Shown piece by piece: positions 51,191 through 62,775 of a stretch of DNA of 64,000 nt. The notes beneath the pieces were generated by a model. The model was not told the DNA's origin and made no database searches. It saw nothing but the letters and a program-made list of their open reading frames with translations. Within the stretch, counting starts at the first letter, position 1. The number at the start of each line of letters is the position of its first letter. A program made the translations under genes and the position numbers. The DNA is from Ginglymostoma cirratum (Eukaryota): positions 42,935,933 to 42,999,932 of the forward strand of contig JAHRHZ010000062.1 of the NCBI GenBank assembly GCA_024137785.1, given 5' to 3'.

Positions 51191-51991
51191 AGAGAGGTAA
51201 AAGGTACTGCAGATGCTGGAGAATCCGAGATAACAAGGTGTGGGGCTGGATGAACACAGCAGGCCAAGCAGCATCATAGGAGCAGGAAAGCTTGACGTTT
51301 CGGGCCTAGACCCTTCATCAGAAATGGGGGAGGGAAGAGGGTTCTGAAATAAATAGGGAGAGAGGGGGAGATGGATAGAGGAGAGGATAGTTGGAGAGGA
51401 GGCAGACAAGTCCGAGGTGGGGATGGAGCCAGTAAAGGTGAGTGTGGGTGGGGGTGGAGGTAGGGAGGGGAGAGGTCAGTCCAGGGAGGGAGGACGGACA
51501 GGTCAAGGGGGCGGGATGAGGTTAGTAGGTAGGAGATGGGGTGGGGCTTGAGGTGGGAGGAGGGGATAGGTGAGAGGAGAGACAGGTTAGGGAGGCGGGG
51601 ACGAGCTGGGCTGGTTTTGGGATGCAGCTGGGGGAAGGGAGATTTTGCAGCTTGTGAAATCCACATTGATACCATTGGGCTGCAGGGTTCCCAGGCTGAA
51701 TATGATTTGCTGTTCCTGCAGCCTTCGGGTGGCATCATTGTGGCATTGCAGGAGGCCCAGGATGGACATGTCGTCTGAGGAATGGGAGGGGGAGTTGAAA
51801 TGGTTCGCGACTGGGAGGTGCAGTTGTTTGTTGTGAACCGAGCGCAGGTGTTCTGCAAAGCGGTCCCCAAGCCTCCGCTTGGTTTCCCCGATGTAGAGGA
51901 GGCCACAACAGGTACAGCGGATGCAGTATACCACATTGGCAGATGTGCAGGTGAACATCTGCTTGATGTCAAGTCGTCTTGGGGCCTGGGA
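51191..51991 (-). mobile_element. 5'-truncated Penelope-like retroelement with intact GIY-YIG endonuclease C-terminus and 3' pLTR
   Basis: FTCTSANVVYCIRCTCCGLLYIGETKRRLGDRFAEH...VANHFN...EQQIIFSLGTLQPNGIN (ORF 51587-52066) is a canonical PLE GIY-YIG domain. CpGs are retained, so the copy is young. Confidence 0.95.
51291..51324 (-). ncRNA. Minimal type I hammerhead ribozyme motif
   Basis: Minus strand reads UUU-CUGAUGA-A-GGGU(CUAG)GCCC-GAAA-CG-UC-AAG, with both conserved core boxes, stem II and a palindromic ACGU stem III. Predicted cleavage after GUC (51294/51293). Confidence 0.8.
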
Positions 51992-52594
51992 TTGGGAAGA
52001 GAGCTGATTCTTTAAAAAAAAAACAACAAACAAACTTGGCTTCGTTGACAAGGACCTGGAGTACAAGTGCAGGCAAATTAAGCTAAGCTATGTAAGATGC
52101 AAGTCAGGGCCCAACTAGAGTACTGCAAACAGTTTCGGGTGCCACGCTTCAGTAAGGCTGTGGATGTATTGACAAAAGTGCCCAGGGTTATGCACCAGAA
52201 TGGTTCCAGGGATGAGAAACTTAAATTCTGAAGTTGAATTGGAGGAGTGAGGATTGAAGGGAAGGCAGAATGGAGATTTACAAAATGATGTCTGGAGAAA
52301 AATAAGTGAGGCAAAACTATTCTTGCTCACAAGGAATGAGAACCAGAGAGCACTGTTTAAAATCTCTTGAAGAAACTTGGGAGGAATTGTTAGAATTTTT
52401 GATTATATTGTGCTTATGCTGGGTGTTGGTTGTGATTCCTTTTATTCTCCTTTACTGCTCAGGACCCTAGTTAGGAAATCTGGTCAGATAAGTGGGACAG
52501 AGCTAGTGCTGAAGCTTGTGAAACCAGAATGTGCTTAGCTGTGTGTACCATTATGATAAGGCTTTATTTTTAAATTCACTTGGGTTTCACTGGC

Positions 52595-53170
52595 TGCTAG
52601 AATATATTGCTTTGACCCTTGAGGGAAGGTAGTGGTGAGCTGCCACTTTGAACTGCTGCAGGAAGACTCTCAATGCCATTAGGGAGGGAATTCCAGGGTT
52701 TTGACCCAGCAAAAAATGAAGAATGTTGAATTATTTCCAAGTCAGGATGGGGAGTGGCGTGGAGGGAAACTCCCAGGTGATGGTGTTCCCACATACCTGT
52801 TGCCCTTGTCCTTCTCGTGGAAGCAGTTATGAGTTTGGAAAATTCTACAAGGATCTTTGAATTTCTGCAGTGTTTTTTTTTGTAGATAGTACACATTGTT
52901 GCTACTGAGTGCATTCGAATATTTGTGGATGTGGTGCCAGTTGGATGGGTTGCTTCATGCTGGATGGTGTGAAGCTTCTTTATTGTTGTTGGAGCTGGAC
53001 TCATCCAGGCTAGTGGAGTGTATTTCATTACACTCTTGATTTGTGCTTGTGGATGGTGGACAGGCTTCGGGAGTCAGATGTGATGAGTTGCTTGCTGTAG
53101 TATTCCTAGTTTCTGAACTCTCTTGTACCCACTGTATTTTAATGGTGAGTCCAGTTCAGTTTCTGGTTGA
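52595..53170 (-). mobile_element. LINE (CR1/L2 clade) 3' fragment
   Basis: MKYTPLAWMSPAPTTIKKLHTIQ...WNSLP, the C-terminal region of a non-LTR RT ORF. Confidence 0.75.
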
Positions 53171-56100
53171 TTGTGCAAAAGTCTTCTATTAGGAAGAGAG
53201 GTCCTTCTTTTCTACTGACCAAGGCAACAGGAGTTGTGTGTTCTTATGCAAGAATGCTGCTTTAGCCTGCTTTAACCTACAATGAGGTCTTGAATTAACT
53301 GCCCATGTATTGACATGATGCTGTTGATGGCCTAGAACACCTTTGCTTCTGCAGCAGTTCATCCTAACTACTGATGTTTGCTAAATTTTTTGAACAGCTT
53401 CAGATCTAATGATAAATGTTGGAAAGTTGCTAGAATCGTCATCAGGATCAAAGTGATTAAAACTCATTCAAATGCTGTCAGCATGGATTCGTAATGGCCA
53501 CCTCACCTCTGACTGATCCATTTTTGTGTTTAGAGAATTATGTTAATGAGGTGTTGAAATTATTGTCTACATGGATGTTACAGCAATTTTCTAAATATTT
53601 TGATTGAAGGACCCTTTTCCAAATATTTGGTAATCACAGACAACTCATTCTATGTAACACAAGAGTGGCATGTCAAGTGTTGCATTATACCCTAGTGAGA
53701 CAGCCAGTCCATTTTTTTTTTGGGTGGAGCATATAATTGCCATTCTCCTTCCAATTTCAGTCTGCATTTTTGCATTATATTGCAGATCTTTGGAAACTCC
53801 AAATTAACTTCCAGACTTCTGTTGGTTATAGCTTGAGAACAACTGTGCTAACAGAAAACATTTGGTAAGGCTCCACAAGAGTGACAAAGCTAGAAGTAAA
53901 TGGAATTGGAGGCAATCTTGTGATTGTTTGAAAATTTGCTGGGAAACAGGAGGTAGCAAAAGTAAAATGAATGTATTGTAATTAGCAGAATGTGGCAAAT
54001 GGTTTTTCCATGTAGTTAGACTGTTCCCTGTCTTTCCCTTAAGATCAAGTAGTGCAAGTAGATGGACTGTTCCGATTATTGCAATGCTTTATTTCACACA
54101 GGAAAATTTGACCACTGAAGGTGAAATGAATGTAATGCCAGAATCTGTGTTTCAAACAAAAAATCTTGAGATCATGAGCATTTTGGAAGAGAGAGCAGAA
54201 CCAATGCACACAAGTGAATGGATGTCTGCTGGTAGTTTTAGCTAGTGAGTTACTGACCACTAGATTCCCATAAGTGTATGACAACATGTTTCTGTATTAC
54301 CGTGGCCTGCAAAAGTTAACCTGTGTTCTCTGGAAGCCCCATGCACTGTTGGCTAGGCATCAGCTTGTGACCCTTTGATTTGAGAAATATCCTCTATAGG
54401 AAGTGATTGTCACTCCTCCATTTCCTGTCTGGCCAATGTTGTGCTGAAATTAAATCACTCGTTGCTTTTAAATAATTTCCCATTTCCTTTAATGTAGCAA
54501 TTTAAAAATCATTCTGTTCTACAGCTGGATTTCTCATTCAGTGTCAGTAGTATTTCTACCCTTTGTATGTGTCCATTTTGCACAAGAGTTGCCGAACCTG
54601 CTGCTGCCTGCTTCCACGGTCCTCTAACGACACTTCTTGCCCTTGTCCAAACCAAGCTTGTAGATTTGTATTCTGTGACTGAGTTTGTGCTCTGAAATTG
54701 GGCTCAATACTTCAGGCTAGTGATGGGGTAAGAGTCTGTTTGCTATTTGTTGACCTCCTTGTCAAACTCTGAAAATGGCTTTGGGCTTGTGCAGTGTCTT
54801 TTTGCACGACAGTAACGTGCCATCGTTCACCCTTTAGCTCTTGCATGAAGAATGGCCATTTGGTTGAGGGATAGCTTCCAAGGAGATGCAAGTACCCCAG
54901 CACATTGATACTTTATGGTTGTGAGAGACGGGGAAAGTTGTTGCCAGGTGTTATCCTTCGAAGCAGGCAGGCTAACTTTTGGTGTTTGTTAGTGTTCAGA
55001 TCTCTGGGTGCATTGACTGTGGATTTGCAATTGCCTTACCACGCACTCACCAGCAATACATCATCAAACCCAGTATATAAAAGTGCACCCTTGGCTTTTG
55101 TAGTGCAGTAGTGGTGTCCCTGCCTCTGAGCTAAGATGCAGGTTGCCTGTTTTGTGTGTGCAATAACACATCTGAACAACTTAACCTCGCTGCTGAAGAA
55201 TGTGATGGGCTGTAAATAATACTGAATGCAGAGATTGCTACTGGACTCCATCTACATATGGTGCAGCATGTAGCTGTGGTAAGCCATCTGTCTTTTAAAG
55301 TAGGTAAATTTAAGCAGGTTTGGGCCCTCCTGTCGCAGGAAAATTGACATATTGGGAGCAACATACCTGGAGTAGCAAGAGATAAGTGGTCTGAGTACCT
55401 AATGTATCTTTTCAAAAAAAAACTAAGATTATTTGGCAGCATTGAATAAGATCAGGATTGGGCTTAACTGCATTGTTTGGCAGGTATTTTCCTGACATTT
55501 AATGACTAAGAATAAACTTGAAAATGTCTTTCCTTTTCTGGGTAAAGTACCAAAGGACCTGTGACTCCGTATCCTTTCATGAAGGAAAATGAACAGTCAC
55601 TAGCAGAAAGAATGAAGAACTATGTTTAGCCTGTGTCCAATCAAATTGTGACTGCTATTTCCTACATGTCTAGTACAGGCAATCCCTGGGTTGTGAATAG
55701 GTTCAGTACTGAAGTCTGTATGCATTAGAACACAAGGCAAGATACTAAAGCTGTGCATGAGTATAGGAAATGTTTGTATGTTGGATGTTTAAAATTACAC
55801 TCCTGTATGAGGTCACATTTGTAAGCATGTGTACTCGTAAGTCGGATGTTCGTAAATCAGGGACCCTGGTGAAATGTTTTGCTGCTTGATCTACAAATTC
55901 AACCAGTTGAGTCTGTGAATGTTGATGTCTGATGATGTGGCCGGATGGGGAATTGAAGTACTGTAGTCTTGGAGGGAAATGTAGCTCACTTACTGGGCTA
56001 GGTTTCCTGATGTTATGTCATACCTATTATTGTTCAGTCTTCAGTGTGATTTGAAAAGGAAGTCATTGTTCTGTTTTGTCCCCAATTCGTTTAACAGGAA

Positions 56101-56599
56101 CTTTTATTTAACTTGGATCAGTCTCCTCAGGGTAAACTGAGATGTCCTCAGCTGTAAATCTGGTTTAGATTTCTCATGAAACTCAACTGGCCTATTCAGA
56201 GGAACTGGTCAATATCAACTTAAGGTGCAGTCTGGATGGTTCAGTCAAATTTTAGTAAGGTTTTATAATTCGTTCATTCAATTACCTTTTAAAGATAAGA
56301 ATGCACTGTTAGTCTTTTGTTCACTTTCTCACATTTAATTTTTTCCCCCTTCCCTGACTCTCAGTAGATATTATTCTGGGAATATGTGTGGTCCTTTGGT
56401 ATTTGCCCAGTTGACTATTTTTGAAGTGTATCTGTCGACATGGACTCTTGCTGGGCTGCTTGACTGAGGGTGGGGTGGTGGGAAGTAGAGAAAATTTGTT
56501 TTAGAGGTAAAAGGTACTGCAGATGCTGGAGAATCCGAGATAACGAGCATGGGGCTGGATGAACACAGCAGGTCAAGCAGCATCATAGGAGCAGGAAAA

Positions 56600-56632
56600 C
56601 TTGACGTTTCGGGCCTAAACCCTTCATCAGAA
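56600..56632 (-). ncRNA. Minimal type I hammerhead ribozyme motif
   Basis: Minus strand reads UU-CUGAUGA-A-GGGU(UUAG)GCCC-GAAA-CG-UC-AAG. Confidence 0.78.
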
Positions 56633-56646
56633 GGGTTTAGGCCCGA

Positions 56647-57046
56647 NNNNNNNNNNNNNNNNNNNNNNNNNNNNNNNNNNNNNNNNNNNNNNNNNNNNNN
56701 NNNNNNNNNNNNNNNNNNNNNNNNNNNNNNNNNNNNNNNNNNNNNNNNNNNNNNNNNNNNNNNNNNNNNNNNNNNNNNNNNNNNNNNNNNNNNNNNNNNN
56801 NNNNNNNNNNNNNNNNNNNNNNNNNNNNNNNNNNNNNNNNNNNNNNNNNNNNNNNNNNNNNNNNNNNNNNNNNNNNNNNNNNNNNNNNNNNNNNNNNNNN
56901 NNNNNNNNNNNNNNNNNNNNNNNNNNNNNNNNNNNNNNNNNNNNNNNNNNNNNNNNNNNNNNNNNNNNNNNNNNNNNNNNNNNNNNNNNNNNNNNNNNNN
57001 NNNNNNNNNNNNNNNNNNNNNNNNNNNNNNNNNNNNNNNNNNNNNN
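56647..57046. other. Assembly gap (400 N)
   Basis: Run of N. Confidence 1.
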
Positions 57047-57994
57047 TTGACCTGCTGTGTTCATCCAGCCCCATGCTTGTTATCTGAGAAAATTTGTTTT
57101 CACTGGTTCCTGGCAATTTAAGTTTTGCCAATAATCTCATGTTAAAAATGTCAAATGTCTGTTACAACAGTGGTTCTCAAATCAGGGTCTGTAGACTTCC
57201 CAGGACCTTGTGAAACAATGTTGAAAACTGTAAACTGATAAATGGTTGCTTTGTGCTCTGTAGAGTAAACTGCCTCATCAAGGAGTGTTATTGTCGGTGC
57301 TGAAGAAGTGAATTCTGGTCAAGAGGAAAGAGTTGGTCTCTAGTGGGAGCCCCTAAGCAATAGCCTTGCAACAAACAGGCATTGTCTAGTTTGCATGGAG
57401 CAAGATGGTGGGATGATGCACTTGTTTGGTGAAGGTTGTCATATGAGCATGGTGGCACCAATTTAAGTGAATGCGTCATAACTGGAATGCTTTATTCATC
57501 AGCCTTCCCCTGGTTCCTGTCTCAGCAAACATTTTACAGCTGGCAAAAACCCACGATGGTTGAAATCATTATATGCTAGATCTGAACTTAACAAAAATCT
57601 GAGGACCTACACAAGATCCGCAAATATATCTCCCCCATCAAGGAATGGGAAATGCAGGCAGTCACTAATGAATCTCTTGTGATGAATAACATGGGACTAG
57701 CCCTTCCTAAACAGACTTGGGATAAACCAGGGCCCTGGCACAGCTAACCTCTGCTTCTTGGGCCTCAGTATGAACTCCTTCCCTGCTTGAGAGGCAGAAG
57801 TAATGTATGTTATCAAGGGGTGACCCCTCCTATGCACGAAGCAGTGAACTTAACACCTTGACAAGGCAATCGCTTGGCTCCAGTGATTTTTGTAGTCACC
57901 AATTAACTATAATAAAGGGACATCGGTCCTTGCACTTTGGTATTAGACTTATCCCACGTGCATATATACTTGTGAAACTTTTCTGCAGGTGTAA

Positions 57995-58545
57995 TAGAAA
58001 CACAAGATAGGAGGAGGAGGCCATTCAGCCCTTTGAGCCTGCTCCTCCATTCTTCATGATCATGGTTGATCATCCAACTCAATAGCCTAATCCTTTCTCC
58101 CCATAACCTTTTGATCCCATTCACAGTCCTCCCCTGCTCCCCCCCCCCCCCCACAACATCCATTCCCTGAATGTTTGCCAATGCCTATCCACTGTCATCC
58201 CTTCAAGTAACCCTTCCCAATCTATCAAAGCCAACTCACTCCTCATCCTCGTCATTTCCTCTATTAAGGTTCAGCACCCTAGTCTCTGAATCAACAACCT
58301 CACTCTCTCTCTATCTTGATTTTAAAAAATTCTACCATATTGTGGTCTTCCCCAAGGGGTCTCCCTTCTCATTACACAGCGCCCAGTCTGGCCTGCTCTC
58401 TAGTTGGTACCTCCACCATATTGGTCAAGGAAACCATCCCGTATAGACTCGACGAATTCCTTCTCTGTGGCATTGTGGCTAATTTGATTTGCCTGATCTA
58501 TGTGCAGATTAATATCACCCATGACCACCTTCAATTCTGTTTTAT
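57995..58545 (-). mobile_element. CR1-type LINE remnant (3' UTR joined to endonuclease region)
   Basis: VVMGDINLHIDQANQISHNATEKEFVESIRDGFLDQY resembles the CR1 APE motif GDFN. 3' UTR at 58000-58125. Confidence 0.8.
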
Positions 58546-59769
58546 AACTGGAGCACAGTTGATTGAAGATGGAGAGGGGAATAGAAGAATCACAAATGTG
58601 TAACAAGATATTGCATGTGTAGCCTTCCAATTTTGAACAAACCGTATAGCCTTGAGCAGCATGTAGAGCAAATATCTGCTGCAGCCGGTAACACACAAGT
58701 TCTGCGACTACAGAACAGAATTGGGAATACATAGTGCGAATGTGAAATGGGCTGAAGAATTCTGAAATGCCCATTATGTGGGTGAGGTAACTGTTAAGCA
58801 GTTTCTTCAAATACTCCCTTCGTTTGAGACTGTTTATAGCAACAGTTAAACAATGACTGAGTTGTCTGGCAAATGTGAGCTCTCTTTCTTTCAAAAAAAA
58901 AGCCAAAAAACGCCTTTTCAACCTATGGGGAAGAATTTGAGTTCCAGTAAACATTCTCATTTTGAGACTGGCTAGCACCAAGTTTCCAGAATCCTGTGTC
59001 ACTGCCTTTACTCCCCATGTTTTTACTGAAACTGTCTTCAGGGTTTCAGCTTTTAAATCTGCTGTATCCCTCTGTTCTTTCTCAGTGACCATGTGTAATG
59101 GGCAGTCGCACTACCACTATTGCCCCTCTTATTTTGCAGGAGTGGAGTTGTAGAGGTTAAAGGCCTGGCCTGTTGATACAGTCCTCGGCGCCAGAGGTTG
59201 ACATCTGCCTCCACTGGTGTCGGGTTGAAAGTAATGCCTTTACCTCTGACTTCCTGAATGCTTTAAATGGATAAATGACATTTCAAGAGATCTCTTCCTG
59301 AGCAGGATGTCTGATTCTTTTGTGTGGGAATCGTGAGGAAGGTAATGCAGACTGCTGGCAGGAATTGCACAGGAAAGACAGCTTGTAGTTTTTTTGGTTG
59401 CCAGTTGTTTTTGGGCTGGTGCAGAAGGGAATCTGCAAAGGTGTTTGCCACATTGTGCGTGGAGACCGGGTGTCTTGGATCTTGGAATCACCACGTTCAC
59501 CATACCTGGGAATTAGTATCAGAATGTGGAATTATGACTAACTTTATACGTTATTGCAATGATGGCTTAAAAGTAACATTCTAGCTCTAATTAGGCTGTC
59601 ACCACTTCATTAATAATGTGACTGGCCTCATCAGCAGTTCCATGTTGAGATGTTGTGACCTTCCTGCCCACTTGCACCTTGCTAACTGTTCGGTATAAAC
59701 TGAATCTTACCATTTTATCTTGCCAGATCGTGACTGACTAGAAACGTATCATAGTTTGCTTTTGAAAAC

Positions 59770-60432
59770 TGAATAGCAAGTAGAAAGGATAGTGAAGAAG
59801 GCATTCGGTGTGCTTGCCTTCATTGGTCAGTGCAATGAATAGAGGTTTTGGGAGGTCATGTTGTGGCTATACAGGACATTGGTTAGGCCACTTTTTGAAT
59901 ACTACGTTCAATTCTCCCTTCTATAGGAAAGATGTTGTTGTGAAACTTGAAAGGGTTCAGAAAAGTTTACAAGGATGTTGCCAGAGATGGAGGGGTTTCA
60001 GCCATTGAGAGAGGCTGATGGGCTTGGGGCTATTTTCCCTGGAGCATTGGATGCTGAGGGGGTGACCTTTTATAGTGGTTTCTAACATCATGACTGACAT
60101 GGATAAAGTGAATAGCCAAGTCGTTTCCCTAGAGCAGGGGAGGCCAGAATTAGAGGGCATAGGTTTAAGATGAGAGGGGAAAAATTTAAAAGGGACCTGA
60201 GGGGCACAGTTTTCCTGCAGAGAGTGGTGCGTGTATAGAATAAACTACCAGAGGAAGTGATGGAGGCTAGTGCAATTGCAACACTTAAAAGACATTTGGA
60301 TGGGTGTACAAATGGAAAGGTTTGAGGGATATGCGCCAAATGGGACTAGTTTAATGTAGAATGTCTGTCTGGTCAGCATTGACGAGTTGGGCTGAGGGGT
60401 TCTGTTTCTGTGTTGTATATCTTTGACTGTCT
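59770..60432 (+). mobile_element. CR1/HER1 LINE 3' end
   Basis: LWLYRTLVRPLFEY...YRKDVV.KLERVQK.FTRMLP followed by a 3' UTR ending ctttgact. Confidence 0.88.
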
Positions 60433-61924
60433 GAAGGTGTCCTAACATACGTATACAGTTATATTGGTTTGGAGCCTGGGTTTCTCTTTCAGCTTTGAGG
60501 TACACTGTAAGAAAACAGGTTGGTCTGTTGGATTCTCCTCTTTTCTGTGTTTGTCAGAAGAACTTGGCAGTACCTTCGTTCTCTTTCGTTGAGCACTCCC
60601 ACATACTTTCCACTTGAAGCAACTTCCTGTTGAGATGTCAATGTTTTTCATTGAGTTGGAGCCAGGAGTAAGAAAGGAGCCTATGAGATGTCCTGATGGA
60701 ATATTTACAAGTCTTTTCCCTCTGTCGTTGAGGCAGCCAGTTTCTGGAATGGGGAGAGGCAGGGATTGGGTGTTAAAGAACTCCATCTGGAGATGGTAAC
60801 TGTTAAATTTATGGGAAAGGGCAGTGGAATGAAGATTCTTAATTAAATGCAAAAGAAGCTAAGCAGTTTTGCTTTCACAACTTGAGTGAAATCTTGATTT
60901 AAATTCTGTCTGACAGCAAGCCAGAACTTCTAAGTGTCATTAGGGGGTCAAAAAAGTCATCTTTTCAAATCTGTCCATTCCTACATTTGGCACCCCACTT
61001 CGACCCTACCCCCCTCGTTCAAGCCAGACCAGATGGCACACAGCCTTGGTGTCCTGCTTGGCCTGGGCTATGCTTCAAATCTGATGGTTATCTATTTTCA
61101 ATAATACCCACTCTGTTTCTGCCTGTAACTTAGCTGTACCCTCTGAAACCTTTGTACGTTTTCACTTCACTTTGGCACTGTATTTTGTTCTTTTGACAGT
61201 CTTCAAAGTTTCATCGTGACATGAATGCCAACGACTCAAGTATTGCACTGAGCTTGCAATGGTCTGGTCTTTGCCACGGTCTGGCTCCTCTCAAACACTG
61301 AGCTGTCTTTTTTTACAGCCACTTCTTGGTTTGCATCCCAGCTCATGTCTTGTGGGTGTTCTGATTTTTATCTGTAAATACAAAAAGGATCAGTTTGACA
61401 GTAGGGCTGGGCCTAACTCTGTAGTGGAGGGGTGGTGAATTTGCATGTAGTCAATTTTTGCAGTTCTGTCTTCCCTGTGCTCTGGCCACTGGGGCCCATG
61501 AGACACAGCCTATAGTACCCTGTTGACCCCTTCCTCCTTCACATGCTGTGGTCTGCCCCCTGTGCCTATCCACAACACCCATGCAGGAGCTGGAGGATAG
61601 TTTGCAGCCTTGTTATCTCCTGGCATTGGTTAAGTCTGGTACTGTGGTGTTACACGTAGTGAGCTTGAGAATTGTAGGTTGGTTTAAAAAAAATTTCTGG
61701 GCTTCAACTTGACCAGACCAGAAATCCAAAGGATACGAATCGAATGGAGTACTGGGAAACTTTCACAGGAAACATTTGAATGTTACAAATGTGGGGCAAT
61801 CCTGTAAAATACAGAATGGTTAGTCACCCTGTTTTTAGCTGCCTTTTCATTGATCCACCCTCCCAGTAATGAGATTTCATCCATCCTGCCTTTTTCTCTA
61901 GAACTCCTTTTCTTATCCTCCCTA

Positions 61925-62040
61925 CTACAAAACTGTCATCATAGTCTTGACAGACCGTAGGGCTGTGCTCTCATTGGAGAGAGGCAACTGGTAGTTTAAC
62001 CTGAGGGTCCCCACTCCTCAAGTGAGGAAGTGTTGACGAG
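61925..62040 (-). mobile_element. SINE 3' fragment (family of 26385-26590)
   Basis: gtcatcatagtcttgacagaccgtagggctg...gtttaacctgagggtc. Confidence 0.65.
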
Positions 62041-62388
62041 GTGAAAACTACTGTTTTCCATGTTTTTGGTTACTTTCCTTGCATTCATCCATGATCAGAG
62101 TTTTGGGCACTTCCAATAAAAATGGTATATAAAAATACAGGTAAAGTACAAGTTAAATGAGAATTTCTTTCGCAGCTGTACATGGTTATCTGAATCACAT
62201 TGCTTGGAAAGGTAGTGATTTCGAAGTTAATTTCAGAAGGGAAGTGGACAGACACATGCAAAAGGAAAATGTTGGTAAATGATGAACATAGAGCCAGGGA
62301 ATAAGGGAATTGAAGAGCTATTTGAAAGATCTGGAACAGACATGACAAGCTGAATTGTTTTCTTCTGTGTGGAATCAAAATACTAAAA

Positions 62389-62775
62389 GTAAAGTCATCA
62401 TAGTCTTGCCATGATGCGGAGGTGCTGGTGTTGGCTGGTGGATAAAGTCAGAAGTCACACAACACCAGGTTACAGTCCAGCAGGAAGTCACAAGTTTTCA
62501 GTGTTGGAGCAGCACGCCAAAAGTTTGTGATCTCAGATAAACCTGTTGGACTGTAACCTGGTGTCATGTGACTGCTGACATAGCAGCCCTATGGTGTGGC
62601 AAGACTCTCGCATTGGAGAGAGGTGACTGGCAGTGGTTTAACCTGAGAGCCACTATGCTTCAGGTGAGGGGGAGAGGTTGGAAAGGAGTGTCCTTCGTGG
62701 TAAACTTGGCTGGTGTGGGTATGCAGTTGGCATCACGACATTACAAACCAGCTGTCAAGTCAACTAAGCTAATTG
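62389..62775 (-). mobile_element. SINE interrupted by a fold-back element (~62410-62580)
   Basis: SINE tail gtaaagtcatcatagtc at left and body ...ggtttaacctgagagccac... at right. The insert has inverted arms gtcagaagtcacacaacaccaggttacagtccagcagg / cctgttggactgtaacctggtgtcatgtgactgctgac. Confidence 0.7.

Larger units (their letters stand above)
51020..52380 (+). mobile_element. Older CR1 fragment interrupted by the Penelope insertion
   Basis: tggcagatgaagttcagt...cataagtcatta on the left continues on the right as ...ggagtacaag...gtcagggcccaactagagtactgcaaacagtt (VRAQLEYC). Confidence 0.65.
56503..57085. mobile_element. Young fold-back Penelope 3'-end insertion with 15-bp TSD, spanning a 400-N gap
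   Basis: TSD gagaaaatttgtttt at 56488-56502 and 57086-57100. Left arm is near-identical to 51193-51322. The inverted arm starts at ~56630 and resumes at 57047. Confidence 0.9.

Noticed and set aside
51274-51972. 232-aa Pro/Ser-rich ORF
   Set aside because: Alternative frame of the Penelope element running through its C-rich 3' region.
56549-57140. Long ORFs of 145-190 aa
   Set aside because: Artefacts of translating the N gap.
58400-59092. 230-aa minus-strand ORF
   Set aside because: Only its last ~45 aa are meaningful (CR1 endonuclease remnant). The rest has no recognisable motif and is a chance open frame.
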